A stretch of 61,591 bases of DNA from Chromatiales bacterium. GTDB taxonomy: Bacteria > Pseudomonadota > Gammaproteobacteria > Steroidobacterales > BM003. The stretch covers positions 1-61,591 of the forward strand of contig PKUM01000054.1 of NCBI GenBank assembly GCA_002868855.1, given 5' to 3'. The notes beneath the pieces are model-generated. The model did no database searches, was not told where the DNA came from, and saw nothing but the letters and a program-made list of their open reading frames with translations. This document shows positions 46,297 to 56,214 of the stretch, in pieces (position 1 is the first letter of the stretch; each line of letters begins with the position of its first letter). The position numbers and the translations under genes are program-made.

Positions 46297-47808
46297 TCAT
46301 TCTCCCGCGGGCCGGCCGCCACTTTCGAAGAACCGCAACAGGCTTACCATCGCAAGCGTATCGAACCGGCAATAGTCCCTCAGTTGCTGTTCGAGACGGG
46401 CGCGTTCTTCGTTTGTCGTCTCCGCCGAAATAGCGCAGAGATAGGCATCCGCCGCCGCCGCGCCATCCCGAATTCCCTCGAGCTCCGCGTAATCGAGGTC
46501 CGGTGCGATTGCCGGCAGCACCGACTTTATCGACCAGGATCCGAGCATGTCCGGGTGATAGTAGTGATTCCGCGTTACCGGCAGCAGATCCTGAAGCCTG
46601 GCGGCGATGGCCGCGAGCGCTTCAGCCAGGTCCGGGAAGCGGTTCTGGAGTATGCCGATCACACGCCGCTCATAGCTCGAATAGGTCAGAATCGGACCCG
46701 TCTGCCGCAACGTCCGTATCAGCGCCTCCGCCAGCGCGCGAAGCGGCGGATGTAGCGAGAGCTCGAGAAACTCCTCGTGCGTGAACTCGCCCGGGGCCTG
46801 CTCGATATGGCAGGAATACTGCACCGGCAATGTTTCGTAGGGCCTGGTACCCGGCCAGACCGGCACCGCTGGCGAAATGGTCTCGAAGTCGAGAAAAAAT
46901 CGAGGGTATGCAAGGCCACGGGCAAACGTCACCGCAGCCTCGTCGAGCCGCGCGGCGCCGCGACAGGTTGCCGCCCGGATTCGTTGCTGTGCGGCACCCG
47001 CAAGCCGTGCGGCCGGAACATCGCGGATATCGCGATAGCCGTCGTTGACCAGCGCCGCAATCTTCGCCTTGCTGCCACCGAGACCGGTAACCGGGTAGCG
47101 GGCCCCGGCCGACCAGCAGGACTGCTTGAACGGGCACGCATGAGGCTTGTCGCATTGGGCGCCGACGGCGACCTCCGGCTCGCCACCGTCAAGCGTGGCC
47201 AGCGCGTCGCGGATCCACCCCGGCACCTGGTGATCCAGCGCCGCGACGCTGTCCCCGACATCGCACTCCACCAGCAAGCCGTTGTAATCGTCGTTACCGC
47301 GGTATTCAAACCGGTGATCGACATGCGCCAGCGACACGCTGACTGGTGCGAGCCCTGCGCCCGACATCACCCAGTTCTGTATCGCGCAATCGATCGCATG
47401 TTCGTCCTTGAGCGCGGTCGACGCCTTGACTTCCACCAGGCGATAGCTGCCGCGCAGCGGCACCAGCACATCGGCACGTATCAGCACCCCGCCGTACTCG
47501 AACGCCGCTTCGAACAGCGGCCCGCAAGCGCCGCCCTCGAGGATCTCAGTGGTTGCCGCCAGTGCCGCCGCGGTATCCGTTCCGGTATCGATCAGAACTC
47601 CATCCGATCCACCATAGATACGACGCGCAACCGCCCCCACCGAGTTACCAGCGGAGAAAGCCGCCGCGGTAGCGGCACTCGTTGCGGCCAGTTCCGGGCG
47701 AAAGGTCTCGAGCCACAACCGGCGCGGGCACTGCAAATGGGACAGCAATCGTGTTTTCGATAGCCGGCGTACCGGATTACCCGCACCGGTCAATCGGTTT
47801 TCGCCCAT
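46297..47808 (-). CDS. DUF2779-like protein: Cas4-like PD-(D/E)XK nuclease fused to a DEDD-type exonuclease-like domain
   Basis: LSKTRLLSHLQCPRRLWLE, RLVEVKAS (ExK) and the Cys cluster CDKPHACPFKQSC. The C-terminal half has FFLDFETI and later H/D motifs. Confidence 0.7.
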   Translation of the reverse strand: MGENRLTGAGNPVRRLSKTRLLSHLQCPRRLWLETFRPELAATSAATAAAFSAGNSVGAVARRIYGGSDGVLIDTGTDTAAALAATTEILEGGACGPLFEAAFEYGGVLIRADVLVPLRGSYRLVEVKASTALKDEHAIDCAIQNWVMSGAGLAPVSVSLAHVDHRFEYRGNDDYNGLLVECDVGDSVAALDHQVPGWIRDALATLDGGEPEVAVGAQCDKPHACPFKQSCWSAGARYPVTGLGGSKAKIAALVNDGYRDIRDVPAARLAGAAQQRIRAATCRGAARLDEAAVTFARGLAYPRFFLDFETISPAVPVWPGTRPYETLPVQYSCHIEQAPGEFTHEEFLELSLHPPLRALAEALIRTLRQTGPILTYSSYERRVIGILQNRFPDLAEALAAIAARLQDLLPVTRNHYYHPDMLGSWSIKSVLPAIAPDLDYAELEGIRDGAAAADAYLCAISAETTNEERARLEQQLRDYCRFDTLAMVSLLRFFESGGRPAGE

Positions 47809-48319
47809 CCTCGCTGAATCCCCGCTTAGTTCTCAGACGAATAATAGGGCATCGCAAGCTCAGCGCCTGAGCCCGGGCCGCCGCGATGCAACCATTTGCC
47901 GAGCGCCGGCATCATACACGGTAACAAACGCTGCCACGCGGTCCGGAAAACAACCCGACGCCGTGTCGCTGCAACGTATGAAAAGGGTCTAAAAAGCGCG
48001 CTCAGTCGCGTCAAGGGAACGAAAGTCGTTATGTTATGTACAAAAATTCGCTATCCGCTCGGGGTTCGGCTTATGCGGGTCCGCCAGCGCGCAATCGAGC
48101 AATCGGTCGATGACAACGGGCTGCGCCCGGTCGTTCCGTTAAAACTCCATCGCAGCGGCTGGCTGCGGCGGCTGGCCCGCCGCGGCTAGCGCTCCCGTCG
48201 GCCCGCCTGCCGTCACTTCTCAATTCACGTCGAAACCTTCGTTCGTCTGGCCGGTCATAACGAAAACGGCCGCGATTCCCGTGGCTATAATGACCGCAAC
48301 ACAAGCGGGGAAGACACCG

Positions 48320-48736
48320 ATGCGAAACACTCTGGCCATCATCATTTTTCTGACCTTGCTCCCGGGCGCCCAGATCGTGGCCCAGGAGAGCAAGACCGGA
48401 CCCAGTTCCCTGAAGATGCGTGGCGGGATGAGCAACCCCGCAACCAAGGGCGCCTCGCAGGACATGCAAAAACTCGTTGCGCTTTGCGCCCGCGATCCCG
48501 AATCCCAATTATTCGATCGGGAGTGGGCGAAGTATCTTCAGGAGTATTACCGTGACGGGATGAATGTGGACGGTCTGATAGAGGACGTTATCCAGCGCGC
48601 GGACGACTACCGCATGAACAGTCACCAGGCCAGCGGCAATCTCACGATGAGCGCGGCGGAAAAACGATCGATACGCCGTAACATGAAATCGACAGCGCAG
48701 ACGGTGGTCGGTAAAAAGAAAGATCCGGCCGGCTAG
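48320..48736 (+). CDS. Secreted hypothetical protein
   Basis: ATG at 48320 (MRNTLAIIIFLTLLPGAQIVAQE). TATAAT at 48284-48289 lies upstream. Confidence 0.55.
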   Translation: MRNTLAIIIFLTLLPGAQIVAQESKTGPSSLKMRGGMSNPATKGASQDMQKLVALCARDPESQLFDREWAKYLQEYYRDGMNVDGLIEDVIQRADDYRMNSHQASGNLTMSAAEKRSIRRNMKSTAQTVVGKKKDPAG

Positions 48737-48766
48737 GGCCGACCCTGGGCACAGACGCGGTCCGAG

Positions 48767-49219
48767 TCAATCGCCGTTTTGTTCAACGGCGGGACGATTC
48801 GCGAACGCATTGCCGGGAATCAGCACGAGAACCAGCCATATCAGTGTATTCATTGTGCCGGCATATTCTTCTCCAATCACCGCGCTCAGTGCCGCGATGC
48901 CGACAAAAATTACCAGCACGCCAGGCCAGCCAGGAAAACCGATATCGCGAAGGCGTTTCGCCATCAGGTTGAAGTGAGCGAATAACAGCGCCAGCATGAA
49001 CAGCATGAACGCGATCACGAAGGGGCCTCCGGTTCTCTCGGCGAAGCGTTTTTCGATCGCGGTGATGTTGCCCTGACTGATGTTTTCGAGGCCGGCAATA
49101 CTCGCCACTATTGCGAACACTACGACAACAAGAACAGCGGTTAGCAGAACCGTGTAGCCGAAATACGGCATCCGGGACAACCGCGCGCCGGTAATCTCGC
49201 CAAAAATCCTTCTGAACAT
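48767..49219 (-). CDS. DUF805 (YhaH/YhaI-like) inner-membrane protein
   Basis: RLSRMPYFGYTVLL...AKRLRDIGFPGW is the DUF805 signature, and there are multiple TM helices. Confidence 0.75.
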   Translation of the reverse strand: MFRRIFGEITGARLSRMPYFGYTVLLTAVLVVVVFAIVASIAGLENISQGNITAIEKRFAERTGGPFVIAFMLFMLALLFAHFNLMAKRLRDIGFPGWPGVLVIFVGIAALSAVIGEEYAGTMNTLIWLVLVLIPGNAFANRPAVEQNGD

Positions 49220-49359
49220 CGTTCCCGCTCCTGGCCGAGAACCCGGCGCATATCCATTTGTTGTCGATCATACGCAATTTACGCGAGACCCGGGGGCTGC
49301 GAGAGCGGCGCGGAAATCGTGGACTATACTTGCTGCATCAAATGGGCGAGGAGCCAGCA

Positions 49360-49995
49360 ATGACCGAATTCGACTGGAAAATTCGTGGTCCCGAAGTATC
49401 GACCTGCAACTGCAACTGGGGTTGCCCGTGTCAATTCAACTCGCTGCCGACCCACGGCAATTGCCGCGCCGGCGTCGCGATGCGCATCGATGAAGGTCAT
49501 TTCGGCGACGTCAAGCTGGACGGGTTGCTGTGGGCCGCGATGTTCGCGTGGCCCGAGGCAATTCACCTGGGTAACGGCGAAGGGTTGATGATCATTGACG
49601 AACGCGCCGATGGCGCACAACGCGAAGCGCTGCTCGGCATTCTGTCGGGGCAGACCTCGCAGCCGGGCGCGACGATGTTCAACGTATTCGCCTCCACGCT
49701 GGTCACCGTTCACGAACCCGTTTTTGCGCCAATCAACTTCGAGGTGGATTACGACAAGTGGACGGGCCACTTCTCGATACCCGGGTATATCGACGCCCAC
49801 GCCACGCCGATAGCCAATCCGATCACCGGCGAGAGCCATCGTGCCAAGGTCATGCTGCCGCAAGGTTTCGAATACCGCGAGGCCGAGTTCGTGAGCAGTC
49901 ACACGACGGGCACCGGCCCGGTGCCGCTCGACTGGACCGACGGCCATGGCCATATCTGTGAAATCCACATGACGCCAAACGGCCCGGTCGGTTGA
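49360..49995 (+). CDS. DUF1326 family protein
   Basis: ATG at 49360 after GGCGAGGAG. The N-terminal Cys cluster CNCNWGCPCQF....HGNC is typical of DUF1326. Confidence 0.75.
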   Translation: MTEFDWKIRGPEVSTCNCNWGCPCQFNSLPTHGNCRAGVAMRIDEGHFGDVKLDGLLWAAMFAWPEAIHLGNGEGLMIIDERADGAQREALLGILSGQTSQPGATMFNVFASTLVTVHEPVFAPINFEVDYDKWTGHFSIPGYIDAHATPIANPITGESHRAKVMLPQGFEYREAEFVSSHTTGTGPVPLDWTDGHGHICEIHMTPNGPVG

Positions 49996-50023
49996 TTCCC
50001 CGGCGTAACTCAATGTCAGGAGA

Positions 50024-50833
50024 TTGCATCGTTTGAGCGCATCGCTGGTCGAAGCCGTCGCCCGTCGCGACCGCCTCGTAATCGTCGTAGCACTGATCCT
50101 GATCACCGCGCTCGCCTGGCTCTACCTGTTATCCGGTGCCGGCATGGACATGTCCTCGATGGATATGGACATGAACATGGTCATGCCGATGGCATGGACC
50201 GCCTCCTATGCGCTGGTCATGTTCCTGATGTGGTGGATCATGATGATCGCGATGATGCTGCCGAGCGCGGCGCCGATGATTCTTTTGTTCGCGCTCGTTA
50301 ATCGCAAAAGCCGGGAACGCGATGCACCGTATGTTCCTACTTTCGTTTTTGCTTCGGGTTATCTGGTCGCCTGGGGCGGCTTTAGCCTGGTCGCGACCCT
50401 GCTGCAGTGGGGGCTCGAACAATCGGGCTGGCTGACCATGGCGATGGCAAGCGCCAACCGCTGGCTCGGCGGCCTTCTTCTCGTCGCGGCCGGAATCTAT
50501 CAGCTGACCCCGCTCAAGCACGCCTGCCTCCGGCATTGCCGTGGACCGATCGAGTTCATCACCGCGCACTGGCGCCCAGGCCGCACGGGCGCGTTCAGGA
50601 TGGGACTCGAGCACGGCGCGTTTTGCGTCGGATGCTGCTGGGTGGTGATGGGCCTGCTGTTTTACGGCGGTGTCATGAACATGTTGTGGATAGTCGGTCT
50701 GGCAATACTCGTGCTGCTCGAGAAAGTACTGCCACAGGGACACGGCCTCGGCTCGCTGAGCGGGGTCGGATTCCTGGTATGGGGCGCCTTTGTGCTGGCG
50801 GAGCCGGTCCGGCAGCTGCTTGGCGCGGCCTGA
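50024..50833 (+). CDS. DUF2182 family integral membrane protein (predicted metal-binding)
   Basis: TTG start, about 6 TM segments, a Met-rich loop MDMSSMDMDMNMVMPM, and LKHACLRHCRGP. It follows DUF1326 after 28 nt. Confidence 0.75.
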   Translation: MHRLSASLVEAVARRDRLVIVVALILITALAWLYLLSGAGMDMSSMDMDMNMVMPMAWTASYALVMFLMWWIMMIAMMLPSAAPMILLFALVNRKSRERDAPYVPTFVFASGYLVAWGGFSLVATLLQWGLEQSGWLTMAMASANRWLGGLLLVAAGIYQLTPLKHACLRHCRGPIEFITAHWRPGRTGAFRMGLEHGAFCVGCCWVVMGLLFYGGVMNMLWIVGLAILVLLEKVLPQGHGLGSLSGVGFLVWGAFVLAEPVRQLLGAA

Positions 50834-50854
50834 GTGCGACCGGCGTCGCGGACC

Positions 50855-53443
50855 CTACCCCGGCGGCAGGGCCTTGCCCGGGGTTTCGCACAGGAACGGT
50901 TCGCCGCCTTCGCGCGCATGATAATGATAGGCGGCACCCGCAACGCTGAGAACAACCCGGGTACCAGGCACCAGCGCCTGGGTGTAGACCATCTCCGGCT
51001 CCGGGCAACCGATACTGCCGTCGGGCCAGGTAACGGTCTCGAGTTCGTCGAGGCGAATCGACGCCGCCGGCACGGACAGTCTTTGCGCGAGCTGCGCCCG
51101 CGCCCGTGCCACGACTGCCGGCTCCGCAACCGCACTTTCAGAACCCTCGGCCATCGCGCGTTCGATCTCGGTGCGGGCAACCGCGAGGCGCTGCCGGTAG
51201 CGTTCCACCGCCTCAGCCACGCCCGGGTCACTCAGAATATCGGCGCGCATCGGGTCGCGCTCGAACATCCACCACCAGTAGTCCTGCAGCGGCGCCATGT
51301 CGACCATGTCGGCGTATCTCGCCACCGCCGCGGCGTGGTTGCCGCGATAGTACTCGACCAGCGCATCGTCATGACGTTTCTCCCACTCCAGCCGCGGGTC
51401 CGAGCAGGTGCCGGTCGTACAGCGCGTGACCGCATCCAGCACCTTTCCGACTCTTTCTTCGTTGCCCTTCGCGCTCAATGACGGTATGACGAACTGTAGC
51501 GCTACATAGGCTGAGTACTCGTTGCTGAATTCAGGGTTGTCAAGGTCGATTGAACCGCTAATGCGCTGCGCGGCCTCGAGCGCGTCATCGTATTCACCGT
51601 TTTTATAAGCTTCCATTATCACGATCGCATTGAAGGTGAACTCCGAATCGTGGCGGCCCGGCAAGCGATCGGCGATCGCACGCTCGGCGATCTCGAGCGC
51701 AGCATCTAAATTGCCCACATAAAACTCGTAACTCGCCCGGGTCATCAGCGTCAGCGGCTCACCGGGACCGATCGCCTCGGCCTGTTCCAACGCGACTCGC
51801 GCCTCGTCGACCAAGCCCACACCGAGGTAGAGGGCCGAAAGCCACCCGCGCAGTTCGTGATCATCGGGATCCAGCTCGATCGACTTCACGCGTGCCCGGT
51901 AGGCCGCTGGCAGATCGCCGAACCGCATGTGGACCGCCGCCTCACGGCTGAAGCCATCCGGGTTATCCGGCTCGATCCGCTGGATCCGCCGGGCCTCCTC
52001 GAGCGCCAGGTCCGGACGATTCAATGAGAAGTTATAGAGCGCGGACAGGCGGCCCGCGATACGGACCGAATACGGGTCGATGACGCGTGCCTGATTCAAT
52101 ACTTCCAGCGCCGCTTCCGATTGCCCGGCATTGTGATAAGCCTGCGCCAGGGACTGGTAAATGCTACTGTCGTTGGGGCTTAGCCGGCGCGCTTCCTCCA
52201 GCCGACCGATCGCCTCCTGCGCGACATTTTGCCAGTCATCGATCGACATCTCTCCGCCCGAGCGCTCGACGATCCGGGTCTCGGCTTGCAGCGCAACCAG
52301 ATCACCGCGTCTGACGCCGGCCGCGGCGTCGATCGCCGCTACCTCGTCCGCGGCCCGCTTCATCTCGCGAGCGGCGTCAGCGGGCGAGATCGAGCCGGTA
52401 TTCCACTGGCTGAATACGACCCTTCCGTATTCGATCCAGGCGTCGCGGTACCCGGGGTCGAGCGCAATCGCCTCGAGGTAATACTCTCGCGCGATGGCAA
52501 GCGACTCGAAACTGCCGCGATTGTGGTACTGGCGCGCCAGCAGCAGACGGTCATACGCGGCGAAATTATCGGTACCAGCCGTCGCGACGGAAAGGCTCTC
52601 GCCGGCGCGCTTCGCCGCCGCGTCGTCGTCACCGAGCAACGCGGCCGTCAGCGCCCCGACCACATGGCTCGCTATGTCGTCCTGGATTGCAAAAATATCG
52701 TCCAGCTTGCGGTCATAGGTATCCGACCAGAGATGAAACCCGTCTTCGACCTTTATCAGCTGCACAGTCACCCGGACCGTTTCGCCACTTTTGCGAACGC
52801 TGCCCTCCAGTACATTGGCAACGCCGAGCTCGCGCCCGATCTCGGCGACATCGCCGGTCTTGTTCTTGAAATGGAACGAGGACGTTCGCGCCGCCACCCT
52901 CAAGTCGGGTACGCGCGCCAGCACATTCAGCAATTCCTCGGACAGCCCGTCGGAGAAATACTCGTTTTCCGCATCGCCACTCATGTTGATGAACGGCAGC
53001 ACCGCGATCGACGGCGACTCATCGGACACGCTGACACCTGGCGCATCGACAGCAACCGGAGCAACCGCCTGTTCGGGCCCCGATGGGTTCGCGTCACGGC
53101 CGGAAAATCGCTGCAAGGCGAGCAATGTAACTGCCATCGCAAGCAACACGACGATGACAATGTTGAGCCGTTGCCCGGTGTGCGAAGTAATCGAAGCGCT
53201 GCGATCGACATCGCGCTCGCGCTTGATCCCCTCGGGGGTCAACTCGTAGACCCACGCGAATATCAACGCCAGCGGAAAACCCAGCAGCAGCAGCATACCA
53301 ACCAGGCGCAGCGCCCAGTCGGGCAGACCCAGAAGACCCACCAGCACGTCGGCCACCTGGAGCAGGACCCAGCCGCTCACCGCATAAAGCAACCCGATCC
53401 TGACAACGTTACGGCGTTTTAACTCACTGAGAAAATCGCCCAT
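50855..53443 (-). CDS. Membrane-anchored TolB_N/FlgO-like + long TPR repeat protein (paralog 2)
   Basis: ATG at 53443 (MGDFLSELKRRNVVRIGLLYAVSGWVLLQVADV). SIAVLPFINMS...YFSDGLSEELLNVL...GSVRKSGETVRVTVQLI, then an extended TPR region. Confidence 0.75.
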   Translation of the reverse strand: MGDFLSELKRRNVVRIGLLYAVSGWVLLQVADVLVGLLGLPDWALRLVGMLLLLGFPLALIFAWVYELTPEGIKRERDVDRSASITSHTGQRLNIVIVVLLAMAVTLLALQRFSGRDANPSGPEQAVAPVAVDAPGVSVSDESPSIAVLPFINMSGDAENEYFSDGLSEELLNVLARVPDLRVAARTSSFHFKNKTGDVAEIGRELGVANVLEGSVRKSGETVRVTVQLIKVEDGFHLWSDTYDRKLDDIFAIQDDIASHVVGALTAALLGDDDAAAKRAGESLSVATAGTDNFAAYDRLLLARQYHNRGSFESLAIAREYYLEAIALDPGYRDAWIEYGRVVFSQWNTGSISPADAAREMKRAADEVAAIDAAAGVRRGDLVALQAETRIVERSGGEMSIDDWQNVAQEAIGRLEEARRLSPNDSSIYQSLAQAYHNAGQSEAALEVLNQARVIDPYSVRIAGRLSALYNFSLNRPDLALEEARRIQRIEPDNPDGFSREAAVHMRFGDLPAAYRARVKSIELDPDDHELRGWLSALYLGVGLVDEARVALEQAEAIGPGEPLTLMTRASYEFYVGNLDAALEIAERAIADRLPGRHDSEFTFNAIVIMEAYKNGEYDDALEAAQRISGSIDLDNPEFSNEYSAYVALQFVIPSLSAKGNEERVGKVLDAVTRCTTGTCSDPRLEWEKRHDDALVEYYRGNHAAAVARYADMVDMAPLQDYWWWMFERDPMRADILSDPGVAEAVERYRQRLAVARTEIERAMAEGSESAVAEPAVVARARAQLAQRLSVPAASIRLDELETVTWPDGSIGCPEPEMVYTQALVPGTRVVLSVAGAAYHYHAREGGEPFLCETPGKALPPG

Positions 53444-53545
53444 GCACACTCGTCGGCGGCCAACCCAAAGCCGAGCTTAGCAGACATCCAACCGCTCTGA
53501 TCGCAGCTCGCGGTGCTATCGCAGCGCATTTTTCACGGCGCGCGC

Positions 53546-54403
53546 TCAACCGGCCGGCTTGCGGAATCTCAGTGTCATGCGATCCGATTCACCGATGTCG
53601 GTATAGACGTTGACGCAGGAGTCCTTCGCCGCGCCGTCATCCATGCCGCGGCAATGGCGCAGGCTCGGTGGCAATGTCCACACCCCGGCCGGATGATCCG
53701 CGGTGTCGCCGGGATTGGCATTGATATCGGATCTCGCCTCCAGCACGAATCCGGCCGCCTCGGCCAGCGCGATCACATGCTCCTCGGTCACGTAGCCGCT
53801 CTGTTTCATCGCGTCGATCGAAGTACCGGGCTTTGCGCGATGTTCGACGATACCAAGCACCCCACCGGGTTTGATCATGCGGTCGAACACCGCGAACATC
53901 TCCTCCGCGTACTCGCCTTTCATCCAGTTATGAACGTTGCGAAAGGTCAGCACCATATCGACGCTGCCCGGCGGCGCAATCGTCGTGCGCTCGGGCACCG
54001 ACAGTTCTGTCACGACGACATGATCGAACGCATCCGGACTGGCCTCGAGCTTTTTCATATAGCGCTTGTGCGCGTCTATTCGCCACTGCTGCGATTTGTC
54101 GGCGGAAGATGCGAAGGACGCGGCGTAGTAAATGCCGTTCGGCTTCAAAACCGGAGCCAGGATATCGCTGTACCAGCCTCCGCCCGGCCAGATCTCGACC
54201 ACGGTCAGATCGGGTTCAAGCCCCATGAACAAAAGCGTCTCTTTCGGATGGCGGTAGACATCGCGCGCGCGATCTTTTGCGCTGCGATGTTCGCCGGCGA
54301 TCGCGGCGTCGAGGCGCGCGCCGATATCCTGGGCGGACGCTACCGGTCCCGCAAACGCGGTCAGCAGTCCGGCAAGGGCAATAACGGCGGATTTGGTTTT
54401 CAT
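53546..54403 (-). CDS. Secreted class I SAM-dependent methyltransferase-like protein
   Basis: ATG at 54403. Signal peptide MKTKSAVIALAGLLTAFAGPVASA, plus VVEIWPGGGWYS and GGVLGIVEH motifs. Confidence 0.7.
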   Translation of the reverse strand: MKTKSAVIALAGLLTAFAGPVASAQDIGARLDAAIAGEHRSAKDRARDVYRHPKETLLFMGLEPDLTVVEIWPGGGWYSDILAPVLKPNGIYYAASFASSADKSQQWRIDAHKRYMKKLEASPDAFDHVVVTELSVPERTTIAPPGSVDMVLTFRNVHNWMKGEYAEEMFAVFDRMIKPGGVLGIVEHRAKPGTSIDAMKQSGYVTEEHVIALAEAAGFVLEARSDINANPGDTADHPAGVWTLPPSLRHCRGMDDGAAKDSCVNVYTDIGESDRMTLRFRKPAG

Positions 54404-54438
54404 ATTTGAGAACTCCGCGTGGCGTTGTTTTCGGTGTG

Positions 54439-56073
54439 TTAGTCCCTGGCTTGTGCGGGGTTTTCGTCGACCGGCATCGTTCGGATGATATCCAGCTGTT
54501 GCGGCGTCACCGCTCCGTAACCGTGCATCGACCGTATCTGATCGGGAACCAGAGCCGAGGCATCGAGCCAGTCCACAAACCAGCGCATCACCGGAATCCG
54601 GGCCCGATCCGGAAATCGCTCGAGCGGCGCAGGTGTAAAAAGGTCCGACTGGAACAGCAACTTCTGCCGCGGCAGCCACACCACCAGCATCCCCTCGACA
54701 TGCGGATTGGCACCGACGTTAATCACGCGCATCTCGTTCCCGGGGTCGGCGATTCGTTTTTCGCCACCAACCGGCTCGCTTTTGACCAGTTCCTCGCGGC
54801 CGGACAGCGCATCGGGATTGAGGCTGACCCGCGCCGTTACCGTGCGCTCTATTACCGGCAGTGTCTGCGGCGCGGCGATAAAGGTCGCCCCGGCGGCGAC
54901 GAAAGGCCGGACTCCCCCGGCATGATCGCTGTGATGATGCGTCAACACTACGAAACGAGGCGGCTTTCCTGGAAAATCCCGCTGCAACACATCGAGCAGT
55001 CGTTGTCCGATAGAACTCGAGGTTTCACCGGCGACCCAGTTCCTTGCCGGGAGTTGCTGCAACTCGTTCCAGCCAGACGGGGCGTCGACGACGGCCACAA
55101 AATCGGCGAATTCGACTATCAGCGGATGAAAACCGGGCCGAATATTCGGAACGACGTACACGCCATCCGCCAGCTCCCGAATCTGCGGCAGCGCAGGCGC
55201 CACCGGCGTCGCCGCGCGATCGTCACCGCCATCGGGCACCGCGGGCAACACGAATTCATCAGGTAGTAGCAGCAGATCGCGATCGACGCCTGCCCGGATA
55301 AAGGTGTAACGAACCTTTTTCAGCATTCGTCCGCCGAGGGTGATCTCATAACCCTGCGGATATGCACCGATCGCAGCAACGTCACGCCAGGCATCATATT
55401 TCCAGCGCACGGTCGTATCTCCGAGCGTAGGCATGTCCAGCAAGTATTCGACTGCCACCGGCCGCCGCGTACCCGGATCGATGAAAATGCTAAGGCCCGA
55501 ACCGTCCGGCAGCGAGTAGGCGACGGTATCGTGATCGAGACCATCGATGCTGCGGCGCCCCAGATAACGAATCGTTTGACGGTGGTCCAGCGCATCCAGC
55601 AGCAGCAACTGCGGCACCATCCGCGCATAGCGCTGCCGTTCATCGGCCTGGTCCACCCCGGTAAGCCAGTAGGCGGCCGTGTTGACGAAGTCTGCCAGCA
55701 ACAACGGCCTGTCCGGTTCGAACAGATAGCGCAATCGCTCTACCGCGTCGGCATTTGCATGAGTATCCGACTCATAAGCCGCCTGCCCGGAAACGGAATC
55801 CAGGGTCAGGCTCTCGCGTAAACTGTATTGCCCGGGGTCAGCCGCACTCATCCCCTGCTTGCGGGTCGCAAGATCGACGAACCCTTCGCCACGCAGAGTA
55901 ATTCCGGCGGCCAACGCCGCCTCGCCGCCGATGGCCGACAGACTTTGTTCGACCAGCTCAATACCGCGTCGGTAGGAATCCAGCGTGGGTTCGGCCGCAA
56001 GCACCGGAAGTGCCTGCAGGAACAACGTCACCGCGACTATCAACCGAGCGCCCGGACTGCCCTGCAAATTCAA
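54439..56073 (-). CDS. Secreted MBL-fold metallo-hydrolase
   Basis: Signal peptide ...LFLQALPVLAAE and the HxHxDH motif LTHHHSDHAGG. Confidence 0.8.
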   Translation of the reverse strand: MNLQGSPGARLIVAVTLFLQALPVLAAEPTLDSYRRGIELVEQSLSAIGGEAALAAGITLRGEGFVDLATRKQGMSAADPGQYSLRESLTLDSVSGQAAYESDTHANADAVERLRYLFEPDRPLLLADFVNTAAYWLTGVDQADERQRYARMVPQLLLLDALDHRQTIRYLGRRSIDGLDHDTVAYSLPDGSGLSIFIDPGTRRPVAVEYLLDMPTLGDTTVRWKYDAWRDVAAIGAYPQGYEITLGGRMLKKVRYTFIRAGVDRDLLLLPDEFVLPAVPDGGDDRAATPVAPALPQIRELADGVYVVPNIRPGFHPLIVEFADFVAVVDAPSGWNELQQLPARNWVAGETSSSIGQRLLDVLQRDFPGKPPRFVVLTHHHSDHAGGVRPFVAAGATFIAAPQTLPVIERTVTARVSLNPDALSGREELVKSEPVGGEKRIADPGNEMRVINVGANPHVEGMLVVWLPRQKLLFQSDLFTPAPLERFPDRARIPVMRWFVDWLDASALVPDQIRSMHGYGAVTPQQLDIIRTMPVDENPAQARD

Positions 56074-56214
56074 AATCGACCCTCCTTAAGTCGTTCCGCC
56101 GCAGACCGACCATGTTGCAACTGTACTGGTTGCAGCCGCCCCGCTCGACTACCTTTTTAGCATGTGGACAATCTGCGCGGGCCATACCGGCCCGCTTCTG
56201 CACGGAGCAGCGGC

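Noticed and set aside
52229-53422. 397-aa plus-strand ORF.
   Set aside because: It is antisense to the TPR paralog 2 gene and has a shadow-frame composition.
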